35,764 nucleotides of DNA from a bacterium. GTDB taxonomy: Bacteria; UBA9089; CG2-30-40-21; SBAY01. The translations under genes and the position numbers were made by a program. Positions 7,538 through 16,640 of the stretch are shown here, in pieces. Below the pieces are notes generated by a model that ran no database searches, was not told where the DNA came from, and was given only the letters and a program-made list of their open reading frames with translations. Location: assembly GCA_040757115.1 (NCBI GenBank), contig JBFLYA010000010.1, positions 1-35,764 of the forward strand, read 5' to 3'. The first letter of the stretch is position 1; each line of letters starts with the position of its first letter.

Positions 7538-9766
7538 TTATTTTGAAACAATTATCAACCCCATTTTACGGAGATTGCATTTATTCAGTATGTTTCTATA
7601 AGATTTGATTTCTGACCAGTGGCTTACATTCGACATCACCAGGAGCATTGTGCAATCCACAATTGATGGGAAGGCAAATGCTGATGGGTCTTCCATCACA
7701 GAATCCGAACTCAGCAGAACAACATCAAATTGTTCCTGCAATTGGGTTAGTTTTTCCTTCAGTTGATTTGATGTCATCAGATGGGTCATTCCATAATTGC
7801 TCTTGCCGGCAGGTAAGAAAAATACTTTGGGATAGTCAGTTAGGTGAATGAGTGAATCAGTTAATGGCTGGGTCCCATCAAGCATATTCAAGAAGCCCGG
7901 CGAGGAAGAAACTTTAAATTCTTTACTCAATAGATTGTCTTTAAAGAATGCATCTATAATCAGCACCTTGCGATTTTGATCTATAGCAAGAAACTCAGCC
8001 AGTTCTAATACAAACTGACTTGTTACTTCGGGCAAGTAAGGACATGAAAGCATCAGGCAATACCCTAGTTCAGAGCCACCAAGTTCGAAGTGCAACTGCA
8101 TGGCTAATTTGTGATATGATTTGTTGTATTGGTTATTTTTCTTATACTGTCTCTCAGACCACCCTGATAGCCAACCCTTTTTCTGTTCAGGGATGAATTT
8201 GGAAGGTGTTTTATTCCTATGTATGCCCAAATGAATATTTCCATATACTGGAATATCCAGGATATGTCCAACATCATCTTCACTGTAAATAGTTTCATTA
8301 AAATAGTTAGCAATGAAGCCGGCAATGATGCCTAATAGTATTCCTATCAGCACGGCTATAAACAAATACAGTTTTACCTTTGGCCGTATAGGTTTCTCCG
8401 GTATCTGGGCTGTTTCGATAAGTTTCAAACTTGCAGTTTTCTCTGATTCAGTCACTGCGGAGATAAAAGCTTGTCGCTGTTTACTCAGTAAAGTCCGATA
8501 TTCCGTATCTGCCAGAACAAGTTCCCTCGTGAGTCTCTGCAAAACACGCTGTTTGAAAGGCAAGTCTTTCAGACTATTTTTATATTGATTTACAATCTCC
8601 TGGATTTCGGTTTCCCCTGCTCGAAGTTGAGCCAATTGAACCAGGAGGTTAGTGCGCTCAGCACGTAAACTGGACCAGATTGGATTGGATTTTTCTACTT
8701 TACCGCTAATGACCATTTCTTCCGACTCTTTAAGCATATCCTTCAACTTGCTAATATTACTTTTTAATTCCTCGACTTCCTGAGAATCCTCTGTATATCT
8801 ATTCTGCATTTGAATCAACATCATTTCATAGCTTAGCAGATTTGCCTTCATCTTGCTGTGAATTTCGTTGAGACTCAGAGACCGAGAATCAATCTCCATT
8901 TGTCCTTCATTTTGAAGTAAACGCTCTATCTCCGCCAGGCGTGCTTCTAATCCCTCGATGGATGCCCTGGTGGTTAATAATTCTGCCTCCTGGTCAGTTA
9001 ATATCTTGACATCACTATGCTCTTTTTCGAACTCAAATTTGATATTGTTCTTAACAACATAATCCTCTAATTCTTTTTCTATCTTTCCCAAATTTTCGTG
9101 GGCTCTTTTCACCTGTGTATTCAGGATATTAGCGGCAGATATCGCTTCCTCTCCGTGTTGTTGTCTCCTATATTGGAGATATACCTCAGTGAGTTCATTA
9201 GCGATTTCCGCCACTCTCTTGTTAGGACCAAGAAGACTAATCTCGGCGACATTAGAGTTGCCAATGGCACGAACATTGATGCCCTTCTGGAAATCAAAGA
9301 TAGTTCTTGCTAATTCTATTTCTTCCGGTGTAAGATTAAATGGACTTTTCTCAGGTGGAAAGAAAAAATTCTTAACGCGTTTGTACTTCCGTCCAATCCA
9401 TGAACGACTCCACATATCGGTGATGTGGCGTATCAGTGGGTGATAGACATCGTCATACTTAAGATTAAGGTTCTCTACAACTTTTTTCACCAGCGGCCCA
9501 AGTTTGACCATTTCTGCCTCGGTTTTAGCCTCTTCTGCCTTGCGAAAAACATTCCACTGCCCATAGAATTGATCTTTAAGTTCATCTTTTTCCTTCTCGA
9601 CCAAAATCTTAACCGAAGCTTTGTAGACCGGCGGAAATAGTTGAATGTAAAGCAGAGTTAGAGCCACCGTAAATAGACATGTGCCCAGCACAATCCATTT
9701 GTACCGAATGGTAATATTCCAAATTGTGTTTATTGACCGGCGGACATCAAAGGAATCAATTTCCAT
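7538..9766 (-). CDS. GumC/Wzc-like polysaccharide co-polymerase with degenerate kinase domain
   Basis: N-terminal TM plus PPVYKAS, long coiled coil, IETAQIPEKPIRPK plus TM, C-terminal kinase-like fold (KVLIIDA, FLPAG) without a Walker A motif. Confidence 0.85.
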   Translation of the reverse strand: MEIDSFDVRRSINTIWNITIRYKWIVLGTCLFTVALTLLYIQLFPPVYKASVKILVEKEKDELKDQFYGQWNVFRKAEEAKTEAEMVKLGPLVKKVVENLNLKYDDVYHPLIRHITDMWSRSWIGRKYKRVKNFFFPPEKSPFNLTPEEIELARTIFDFQKGINVRAIGNSNVAEISLLGPNKRVAEIANELTEVYLQYRRQQHGEEAISAANILNTQVKRAHENLGKIEKELEDYVVKNNIKFEFEKEHSDVKILTDQEAELLTTRASIEGLEARLAEIERLLQNEGQMEIDSRSLSLNEIHSKMKANLLSYEMMLIQMQNRYTEDSQEVEELKSNISKLKDMLKESEEMVISGKVEKSNPIWSSLRAERTNLLVQLAQLRAGETEIQEIVNQYKNSLKDLPFKQRVLQRLTRELVLADTEYRTLLSKQRQAFISAVTESEKTASLKLIETAQIPEKPIRPKVKLYLFIAVLIGILLGIIAGFIANYFNETIYSEDDVGHILDIPVYGNIHLGIHRNKTPSKFIPEQKKGWLSGWSERQYKKNNQYNKSYHKLAMQLHFELGGSELGYCLMLSCPYLPEVTSQFVLELAEFLAIDQNRKVLIIDAFFKDNLLSKEFKVSSSPGFLNMLDGTQPLTDSLIHLTDYPKVFFLPAGKSNYGMTHLMTSNQLKEKLTQLQEQFDVVLLSSDSVMEDPSAFAFPSIVDCTMLLVMSNVSHWSEIKSYRNILNKCNLRKMGLIIVSK

Positions 9767-9769
9767 AAT

Positions 9770-10540
9770 TTACTCCTCTTCTCCTAAAATTTCTATTAAC
9801 CGTAATGTGGTCAGGATATCAATAGCTCCTGTAAGGATTTTGTTTATATGCTGGTCGATAAATATATCTACACGGGCAATGAAGGTCTTTGGAACGAAGA
9901 TTATATCATCCGCCTGCAAGGGGACATTGTGCAAAGTTATGTATGAAGCACTCTGACCTTTCAACTGCAAATTAACGCGGGTGGCGGTAAGGTAATTATC
10001 TTCGGTAACTCGAATGATTATGACGCTGTTTCGTTTCGCCTCATTGGTGAAGCCACCGGCACGAGTTACTGCCTGAAGAGCCGTGGCGGCATCGTGGAGA
10101 GATACGATTGACGGAGTAGTAACTTCGCCGATAACATATATCACCGGCGGCTGAAATTTTGTTACAATTACTGTTACTTCCGGCTCTTTCAAGCGGTGTG
10201 AAAACATCTCGGTTAACTTTTTATCCAATTCCCCGGGCGTTAAACCGGCTGCCTTAACATCGTCAAGGATAGGTAGAGATATGTAACCGTCAGGTCTGAT
10301 GGTGCATACACGGGTTATCTCAGGATGCTTAAGTAAAACTACTTCAACAATGTCCTCCGGGACAAGAACATATTCTTTATGAAACCGTGTCGTAGCCACC
10401 GCGATTTCAGGCAAGACCGACATACGAATTTCATCACCTTTACTAATCTTCGCTGACCGATTAGTGGTTACACATCCCTGTGTCAGTAGCATAATTGTAA
10501 AAATTACTATAACTTTAAATAATCTTTCCGTCTTTTTCAT
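9770..10540 (-). CDS. Wza-like polysaccharide export lipoprotein
   Basis: Lipobox LLTQGC after ATG 10540; IRPDGYISLP..AAGLT poly_export motif; SLBB domain VIGEV..AGGFT. Confidence 0.85.
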   Translation of the reverse strand: MKKTERLFKVIVIFTIMLLTQGCVTTNRSAKISKGDEIRMSVLPEIAVATTRFHKEYVLVPEDIVEVVLLKHPEITRVCTIRPDGYISLPILDDVKAAGLTPGELDKKLTEMFSHRLKEPEVTVIVTKFQPPVIYVIGEVTTPSIVSLHDAATALQAVTRAGGFTNEAKRNSVIIIRVTEDNYLTATRVNLQLKGQSASYITLHNVPLQADDIIFVPKTFIARVDIFIDQHINKILTGAIDILTTLRLIEILGEEE

Positions 10541-10585
10541 AATCTTAATTCGTAGGTATTTAGTCTGTAATAAAAGGGAAGAACT

Positions 10586-10719
10586 GGAGAAACGCTCATG
10601 TCCACAGGGATGGACACAAAGGAAGATGAAAATTGAGTTGAAACGCAGGATAGAGCCTGCGGCTACCAACCTTCCCGAGTCCCGAACCCCGAGTTCCGAG
10701 TCCCCATTTTCAGGAGAAA
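10586..10719 (-). repeat. Single cassette-like unit of the same family as 5650-6004
   Basis: GGAGAAA directly repeated at 10586-10592 and 10713-10719; contains the CATGAGCGTTTCTCC tail, TGAAAAT/ATTTTCA and a CCCGAGT-type heptamer spacer also seen at 35532-35764. Confidence 0.65.
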
Positions 10720-10813
10720 TAGCCACTTTCCCTTTCTCCCTTTTCCCTCATTTACACTATCTACTACCTGCTTTTCTTTTATTTATCAATGTCATTTTTA
10801 GCAACCGTTACTT

Positions 10814-11059
10814 GTAACCGTTCAGGTAATCCTTTACCGCAGAGACGCAGAGAAACAGAGAGGAAAATATCTTTTTTTTTCGTGTTTTTCGCGTTTTTCG
10901 GTGTTTAAAAAGGCTTAAAAACAGTTAGTCGAAAGTCCGTATTAAAAGATTAATAAACAACGAAAGACCCGAAATGTACAAAAAAAGGAAATCTCTGTCT
11001 CTGGTGAATAGATTTTAATTTTTTCTCTGCGTCTCTGTGTCTCTGCGGTGAACAGTTAC
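10814..11059. mobile_element. IS66-like MITE with 8-bp target duplication
   Basis: Ends GTAACCGTTCA / TGAACAGTTAC; CGTTACTT duplicated at 10806-10813 and 11060-11067. Confidence 0.9.
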
Positions 11060-12196
11060 CGTTACTTTTTCCAATGTTTTTTCTAATTCCTGGCAAAATC
11101 TTTCCCATGAGTAATTTTTCTGCATCATTTCTTGAGCACGATATCCACGGCGTTGTGCTTCTTCTGGATTAGAAATGACATCCAACATTGCCTCTTCTAA
11201 TGCCTTTGCATCCTCTGGCGGCACAAGGTATCCTGTCTCTCCATCCTGAAGTATTTCTGGTATGTTTCCAACCCGTGTTGCTATAATCGGCTTACCAACA
11301 GAACAAACCAGCGACAACACTGCACTCTGGTATAAATAGGTATAAGGTAACACAACTACATCACTGGCAATTAAAAAGTCTCTTGCTACCTCTTCTGACA
11401 CAAGTTCTGGACGAAATAATACCCGCTGACCAATCCCAAGTCTTTTCACCTGCTCAAAATACGGCTTCAAACTCACCTTCCATGGCCGACCGATGACCAA
11501 TAGTCGAGCCTTTGGCTCTTGAACTAATACCCCAGCAAAGGCATCTAACAAATATTTCAAACCCTTATTTTTCTTAATCTGTCCAAAACAAAGTATAATT
11601 GGTTCATCTATCTGTAACCCCAATTTTTCTCGCGATATAATTTGGTCTTTGCGACAAAAAGTTTTCTCACCTTCACTCATTCCAAAAAATAGTACCTGAA
11701 TTTTGGACAAAGGAATTCCAAAATTAGAAATAAGTTGATTTTTGCCGTATTCGCTGAATGCCAAAATGGCCGTAGCGTTATTATATATCTTGCGATAAGA
11801 ATGACGATATTCTTTATTAGAAGACAACGGCAATATATCATGGGCTCCAAGTATAGCAGGAATACCATGATTCCGCAAATTTCGGATAAATAGATTATCC
11901 AGAGTAATTTGCAAGATATAGTAATAAATTACCACATTCGGCTGAAAGCGACAAATTTGCCTCCAAACTCTTATTAAAGAACGGACATAGTTGATTCCTT
12001 TCACTACAAAATTATAATTCCCAACTATGCCCTTAAAAGGGGTAATTTGCTCAAATTCAGACTCCACATTTAGAAACGGATATTTCTCGTTTGTAGCCAA
12101 AATAACCTTGTGTCCCTTTTGGGCTAAATAACGACAAATCTCCTTGTCGTGCAAACCAAGAATATGTCCAATAGGATCTGCAAAAAATATTTTCAT
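11015..12196 (-). CDS. Glycosyltransferase family 4 (GT-B)
   Basis: FGQIKKNKG, SDVVVLPY..QSAV, GKPIIATRVGNIPEIL.DGETGYLVPP; the last residues come from the MITE. Confidence 0.9.
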   Translation of the reverse strand: MKIFFADPIGHILGLHDKEICRYLAQKGHKVILATNEKYPFLNVESEFEQITPFKGIVGNYNFVVKGINYVRSLIRVWRQICRFQPNVVIYYYILQITLDNLFIRNLRNHGIPAILGAHDILPLSSNKEYRHSYRKIYNNATAILAFSEYGKNQLISNFGIPLSKIQVLFFGMSEGEKTFCRKDQIISREKLGLQIDEPIILCFGQIKKNKGLKYLLDAFAGVLVQEPKARLLVIGRPWKVSLKPYFEQVKRLGIGQRVLFRPELVSEEVARDFLIASDVVVLPYTYLYQSAVLSLVCSVGKPIIATRVGNIPEILQDGETGYLVPPEDAKALEEAMLDVISNPEEAQRRGYRAQEMMQKNYSWERFCQELEKTLEKVTVTVHRRDTETQRKN

Positions 12197-12328
12197 TTTA
12201 CATATTTTTTAATTTGAGGATGTTATGTTTCAATCGGTGCATAAATCAAATTATATCTCAATGTTTGGACACGCTAAACACATACTTCAATTTACTCTTA
12301 AATCAAAGATTAGAATACAAAAGTAGTG

Positions 12329-12973
12329 CTATACACCTTGACCCGCCATAACTGCCCATATAGTCCGAATTAGTATTTTAAAATCCAGCCACAAAGAATA
12401 GTTGTCAATATATTCCAAATCCATACGCATCCATTCTTTAAAGCTAATCTTATTTCTACCGCTTACCTGCCATATACAGGTTAGCCCAGGTTTCATGCTC
12501 AATCTACGATATTGATATGATTCGTATTTCTCCACCTCTTCAGGTAGAGGAGGACGGGGACCAACTATACTCATTTCTCCCTTGAGAACATTGAAAAATT
12601 GTGGTAATTCATCAAGACTGTATTTTCTTAAGAAACGGCCGAATTTAGTAATCCGAGGGTCATCGCGGATTTTAAATACAGGCCCATCCATTTCATTCAG
12701 ATGTTCCAGAGAATTCCTCTTTTTCTCTGCATCGATAACCATAGTGCGAAATTTGTAGAAGCAGAATTGGCGACCATTAAGTCCAACGCGGGTTTGTCGG
12801 AAAAGAACGGATTCCCCCTGGCGAGAGGTCAATTTGATAATAAGAATTATCGGTAGCATCAGAACCGGACCCAGTACCAATAGTCCCAACAATGCACCTA
12901 CCCGGTCAAAGACGCTTTTCACAAAAAGTGCCATATTTTTCTCTTCAGAAATAGAGGGAAAAGCAAATTCCAT
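12329..12973 (-). CDS. Bacterial sugar transferase (priming polyprenyl-phosphate sugar-1-phosphate transferase)
   Basis: KFRTM, DDPRITKFGRFLRKYSLDELPQFFNVLKGEMSIVGPRP, KPGLTCIWQVSGR. Confidence 0.92.
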   Translation of the reverse strand: MEFAFPSISEEKNMALFVKSVFDRVGALLGLLVLGPVLMLPIILIIKLTSRQGESVLFRQTRVGLNGRQFCFYKFRTMVIDAEKKRNSLEHLNEMDGPVFKIRDDPRITKFGRFLRKYSLDELPQFFNVLKGEMSIVGPRPPLPEEVEKYESYQYRRLSMKPGLTCIWQVSGRNKISFKEWMRMDLEYIDNYSLWLDFKILIRTIWAVMAGQGV

Positions 12974-13086
12974 TTTTAAAATTAACCTCCCGCATTTCTT
13001 CCTGATATCTCTCTAATTCCCCTCCCTCTAACATAACTGGGATATTTGTAACCCTATTTCACAGGTCGAATTTTTTTACTAACTTA

Positions 13087-13115
13087 AGTATAACACAGAT
13101 GCTATGTTATGTCAA
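13087..13115 (-). promoter_or_regulatory. Sigma70-like promoter for the polysaccharide operon
   Basis: TTGACA-17 bp-TATACT with extended -10 TG on the minus strand, upstream of 12973. Confidence 0.65.
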
Positions 13116-13256
13116 GAAAAAACTTTAGGCTGAAGTTTTGAATGTTGTTTCCTTCAGCCTTCAGCCTATAACCTAATTTTCATCGCTCTGTCCTCCACAG
13201 GTTAATGTTCGTTCCCCCAAATAACTAACCCATTACTTAATCCTAAAAAAATCTTC

Positions 13257-13285
13257 TTGACTTTTATTTTATTTTGTGATATATT
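13257..13285 (+). promoter_or_regulatory. Sigma70-like promoter
   Basis: TTGACT-17 bp-TATATT with TG extension, followed by AGGAGG and ATG 13308. Confidence 0.6.
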
Positions 13286-13307
13286 ATATTTTACAGGAGG
13301 TGAGAAA

Positions 13308-13499
13308 ATGAATATCAATGATATTAAGACAAAGGCTAAAGAAGTTGGGGTCAAAGCAGGTAAAATGAATAAAAGTGACCTGATTCGAGCCATCCAATCT
13401 GCCGAAGGAAATTTTCCATGTTTTGAGACAGCGACAGATTATTGTGACCAGAGTAATTGTGCCTGGATGGAAGATTGCCTATCCAATAAGAACAATTAG
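13308..13499 (+). CDS. Small SAP/Rho-N-like domain protein with four cysteines
   Basis: MNKSDLIRAIQSAEGNFPCF..CDQSNCAWMEDC; strong RBS and promoter. Confidence 0.8.
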   Translation: MNINDIKTKAKEVGVKAGKMNKSDLIRAIQSAEGNFPCFETATDYCDQSNCAWMEDCLSNKNN

Positions 13500-13623
13500 G
13501 AAATATTCAGCCATCAGGTAAAAGAAGGTTAAGGCAATGGTTAAGGTTAAGTAGAAGGAATTAAATGTTCCACAGTAACTAATCCTTTTTGTTCAACCTC
13601 CTTCAACTGATGGCTGAAAATTA

Positions 13624-14045
13624 GGTGGTGTCTGAAAATAACTCTAATAGTGAAATCTATGCAGATTTGGTGTCCAAAAGGGATTTCCTCCAAAGAGCAA
13701 AATGCAAAACTCGTTTATAGTTTATGGTTTATAGTTTATAGTCTATAGTCCTTCAACTATCAACTATCAACTATAAACTATAAACTATCTTTGCCAAAGT
13801 TCAGTAAAATTATCTCTTTCCTTTCAGCGTTAAAATACTTGAAGCAAAGATATTACCAAATTCCTCCAACTCTTTGAGAAACCCTGCTACTTCCTCTTTG
13901 AAATTTGATTTGTAATTTTGCATTTTGATATTTATATTTGATATTTAATATTTGATATTTGATATTTATTTGTTGTCTCCCTCAAATCCTATTTTGCAGA
14001 ACCCTATACACTATTTTAACCTTCATGCTAGATTAAGACACCACC
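13624..14045. mobile_element. 422-bp MITE with GGTGGTGTCT ends and 8-bp target duplication
   Basis: GGTGGTGTCT (13624-13633) / AGACACCACC (14036-14045); GAAAATTA at 13616-13623 and 14046-14053. Confidence 0.85.
13810..13923 (-). pseudogene. Internally deleted four-helix-bundle protein gene (37-aa mini-ORF)
   Basis: MQNYKSNFKEE fused in frame to VAGFLKELEEFGNIFASSILTLKGKR*; the C-terminus resembles IELKKIFSSIIEKSK of 20627-20992; flanked by heptamer arrays. Confidence 0.7.
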
Positions 14046-14089
14046 GAAAATTAACGCCTGAACGCTTACAAAATACGAGGAGATATGTG

Positions 14090-15031
14090 ATGTCTTTTAC
14101 TATTCTTCGCACTGGTGTTGGTTCATCACCATCAATATCCACCATTAAAACACTTCAAAAATTAGGTGTAAGAGTTATAGGTGTGGATAGTCATCCGTTA
14201 TCTATTGGTTTTTATTTTGCCAATGTTGGATATTGCATCCCAAAGGCAGATGCACCTGATTATATTTCTACCTTAATAAAAATTTGTAACAAAGAAAAAG
14301 TGAATGCTATCTTACCCGCTGTAGATGAAGAATTAGTAGTTTTATCGAGGCATAAAAAAGAATTTGAAAAAAAGGGTATTTTGCTTGCGGTGGCAGAAAA
14401 GAAAGTAATTGAAATCTGCTTTGATAAACTAAAAACTTACAACTTTTTTCTTCAGAATAACATTTCGACCCCTTCTACTTTTGATGCCTTAAAGGTTAAC
14501 TTAAAAGAAATAATCTATCCCAGTATTATCAAACCCCGCTTTGGTCGCGGACAGCGCGATGTCTATAAGATTAATAATCAAAGGGAGTTTAAATTTTTTA
14601 GACAGTATGTTAAAAAGCCTTTAGTTCAGGATTATATTGAAGGACAGGAATATACGATTGATATTCTGGCTGATTTTAATAGTAAAGTTTTATGTCTTGT
14701 GCCGCGAAAAAGACTTCAAGTTGAATCAGGTATCTCAATTAAAGGAATAACAACTTATAAAAAAGAAATAATTGATAGTTGCCTTGATATTGTCCAAAAA
14801 TTAGGCATAATTGGACCGGCTAATATTCAATGTTTTATTGATAAAAACAATACCTTACTTTTTACTGAGATTAATCCAAGACTGGGGGGAGGAGTGGCAC
14901 TTTCAGTCGCCGCTGGTTCAAATATTCTGCCAAATTTAGTCAGATTACTTCAAGGTAAATCAGTAAAACCGTGCCTTGACTTCCAGGAAGATTTATTAAT
15001 GTTACGATATTGGGAAGAAAAATTTATGTAA
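14090..15031 (+). CDS. ATP-grasp domain protein (carbamoyl-phosphate-synthase-like type found in polysaccharide loci)
   Basis: CFDKLKTY, IIKPRFGRG, VQDYIEGQEYTID, FTEINPRLGGG; GAGGAG RBS before 14087/14090; stop codon supplied by MITE-A. Confidence 0.85.
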   Translation: MSFTILRTGVGSSPSISTIKTLQKLGVRVIGVDSHPLSIGFYFANVGYCIPKADAPDYISTLIKICNKEKVNAILPAVDEELVVLSRHKKEFEKKGILLAVAEKKVIEICFDKLKTYNFFLQNNISTPSTFDALKVNLKEIIYPSIIKPRFGRGQRDVYKINNQREFKFFRQYVKKPLVQDYIEGQEYTIDILADFNSKVLCLVPRKRLQVESGISIKGITTYKKEIIDSCLDIVQKLGIIGPANIQCFIDKNNTLLFTEINPRLGGGVALSVAAGSNILPNLVRLLQGKSVKPCLDFQEDLLMLRYWEEKFM

Positions 15032-15264
15032 CCGTTCAGGCTATATATCAAAAGTGTAAGAAAGGGGATAAGGAGATAAGAGTGATATGGAGATAAGATA
15101 ATAGAAATAGATTGAAATTTATAGAAATAGGTAGAAATTGATTGTGGAAAACAACAAATTTCCATAAATTTCTATTAGTTTCTATTAATTTCAATTTTTT
15201 TAATAATATCTCCCTATCTCCTTAATCTCCACATCTCCTTTTGTTACACCACCTGAACGCTTAC
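15028..15264. mobile_element. 237-bp IS66-like MITE (MITE-A)
   Basis: GTAACCGTTCAGG / CCTGAACGCTTAC ends; appears identical to 33425-33661; no target duplication at this site. Confidence 0.92.
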
Positions 15265-15335
15265 GGAATTTGGAATTTGTGATTTGGAATTTCATAGCCA
15301 TATCTGGGTCAAATTTCGATTAATAAGTGCTATAA

Positions 15336-16640
15336 TTACTCGTGCCTTACTTTATCCATTTCCACCTTTTCTCGTTTCCCACTTTCAGTAACAGTAGATG
15401 ATTCTTTGGATATTTCACATTTATCTTGAAGGGTTAAAGTTGGCTGAAGGGTAAAGGTATTTGGAACAGAGTAGGATAATGGTAAATTAATAAGTAAAGG
15501 AGAGGATTCCAGAAATTGTTTGGGTAAAATCTGGTGTGGGACAAATCTGATGTTATCCTCTGTCAATAAGGCATTTTTGGTATATTTACATCCTGGATTC
15601 CAGAGTAGCCATTCATCTACTCCGTGAGCATAGAGCGCATTGATTTGGTCTCTGACTTCTTTTGCCCCATAGGTGTATTCAAGTGAAAAATCCTGGAGCC
15701 AGGGTCGAATTTTACAGTTTGTCTCTTTAATCTGTTGATTTGCATCTTTTATACTTAAGAAAATAGTTTTATAAGGTTGCGAATCAGGGTTAGATATGCC
15801 ATAAGAGCCTTTGGCATAGTGAGAAGGATAGACCATTGGTGAGATAAAATCTACATATTCAGCTATCTGCTTAAATTTTTGACCTATACCAATCCCATTT
15901 TTGCAAAGCGTAGTTAAACCAAAAACATCTATGGATAAAAATGCAGCTGCGCCGAGTGTTTGTTTAGCAAATTTGATAAATTCAATAATGGTATCTGCCT
16001 GTTTTTGCGTAGAATGTTCCTCGCCATACCAACAATTACTTATCAAGCCATCTGACGGGAATCTGACATAATCGAACTGAATTTCATCAAAACCTCTCTT
16101 AATCGCATCCATAGCAATATCAACATTATATTTCCAGACCTCTTTTAGATAAGGATTGACCCAACTTTGACCTTTGTCGTCGCGCCAAACCTTACCTGAT
16201 TTATCCATAACCGCTAAATATGGTTTTTTGGTTGCCAGCCAATTATCTTTAAATACAGTAATTCTGGCAATTTTGTAGAGGCCGTATTCATCACATAAAG
16301 CGATAATTTCATCAATATTTTTAATTCGTCTCTTAACAGCCTTAATTTCTTTTGCCAATGGCACATCTACATCGTAGGCAATAATTCCATCTACTTCTTT
16401 AATGTCAATTACTACGGTATTAAGTTCAGTTTCATTGATTAAATTGAGGGTTTTTTGAAAGAGGTTTTTACTCCCTGCAACCCAACTGGTAATATGGATT
16501 CCTTTGACTTTAAATGGTGACGAGATTGCAGTAGGTGAGCCTGGCGAGGTAAATTGTGCCTCACTGTTTATAGGGCAGATAGGATATATAAGACAGATAA
16601 GGAATATTAAAATCAGTTTATTCTTCCTGTTTAAATTCAT
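15336..16640 (-). CDS. Secreted putative glycoside hydrolase (DUF4015-like)
   Basis: Signal peptide; ELNTVVIDIKEVDG, GFDEIQFDYVRFP, ISPMVYPSHY, RPWLQDF, WLLWNP. Confidence 0.8.
   Translation of the reverse strand: MNLNRKNKLILIFLICLIYPICPINSEAQFTSPGSPTAISSPFKVKGIHITSWVAGSKNLFQKTLNLINETELNTVVIDIKEVDGIIAYDVDVPLAKEIKAVKRRIKNIDEIIALCDEYGLYKIARITVFKDNWLATKKPYLAVMDKSGKVWRDDKGQSWVNPYLKEVWKYNVDIAMDAIKRGFDEIQFDYVRFPSDGLISNCWYGEEHSTQKQADTIIEFIKFAKQTLGAAAFLSIDVFGLTTLCKNGIGIGQKFKQIAEYVDFISPMVYPSHYAKGSYGISNPDSQPYKTIFLSIKDANQQIKETNCKIRPWLQDFSLEYTYGAKEVRDQINALYAHGVDEWLLWNPGCKYTKNALLTEDNIRFVPHQILPKQFLESSPLLINLPLSYSVPNTFTLQPTLTLQDKCEISKESSTVTESGKREKVEMDKVRHE

Noticed and set aside
10541-10726. N-terminal extension of Wza (likewise 5646-5747 and 13952-14086 for other genes)
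   Set aside because: The extensions run through repeat elements; better starts with a lipobox or RBS lie downstream.
14950-15165. 71-aa ORF (and the similar 33353-33562 ORF)
   Set aside because: Both are translations of MITE-A sequence.
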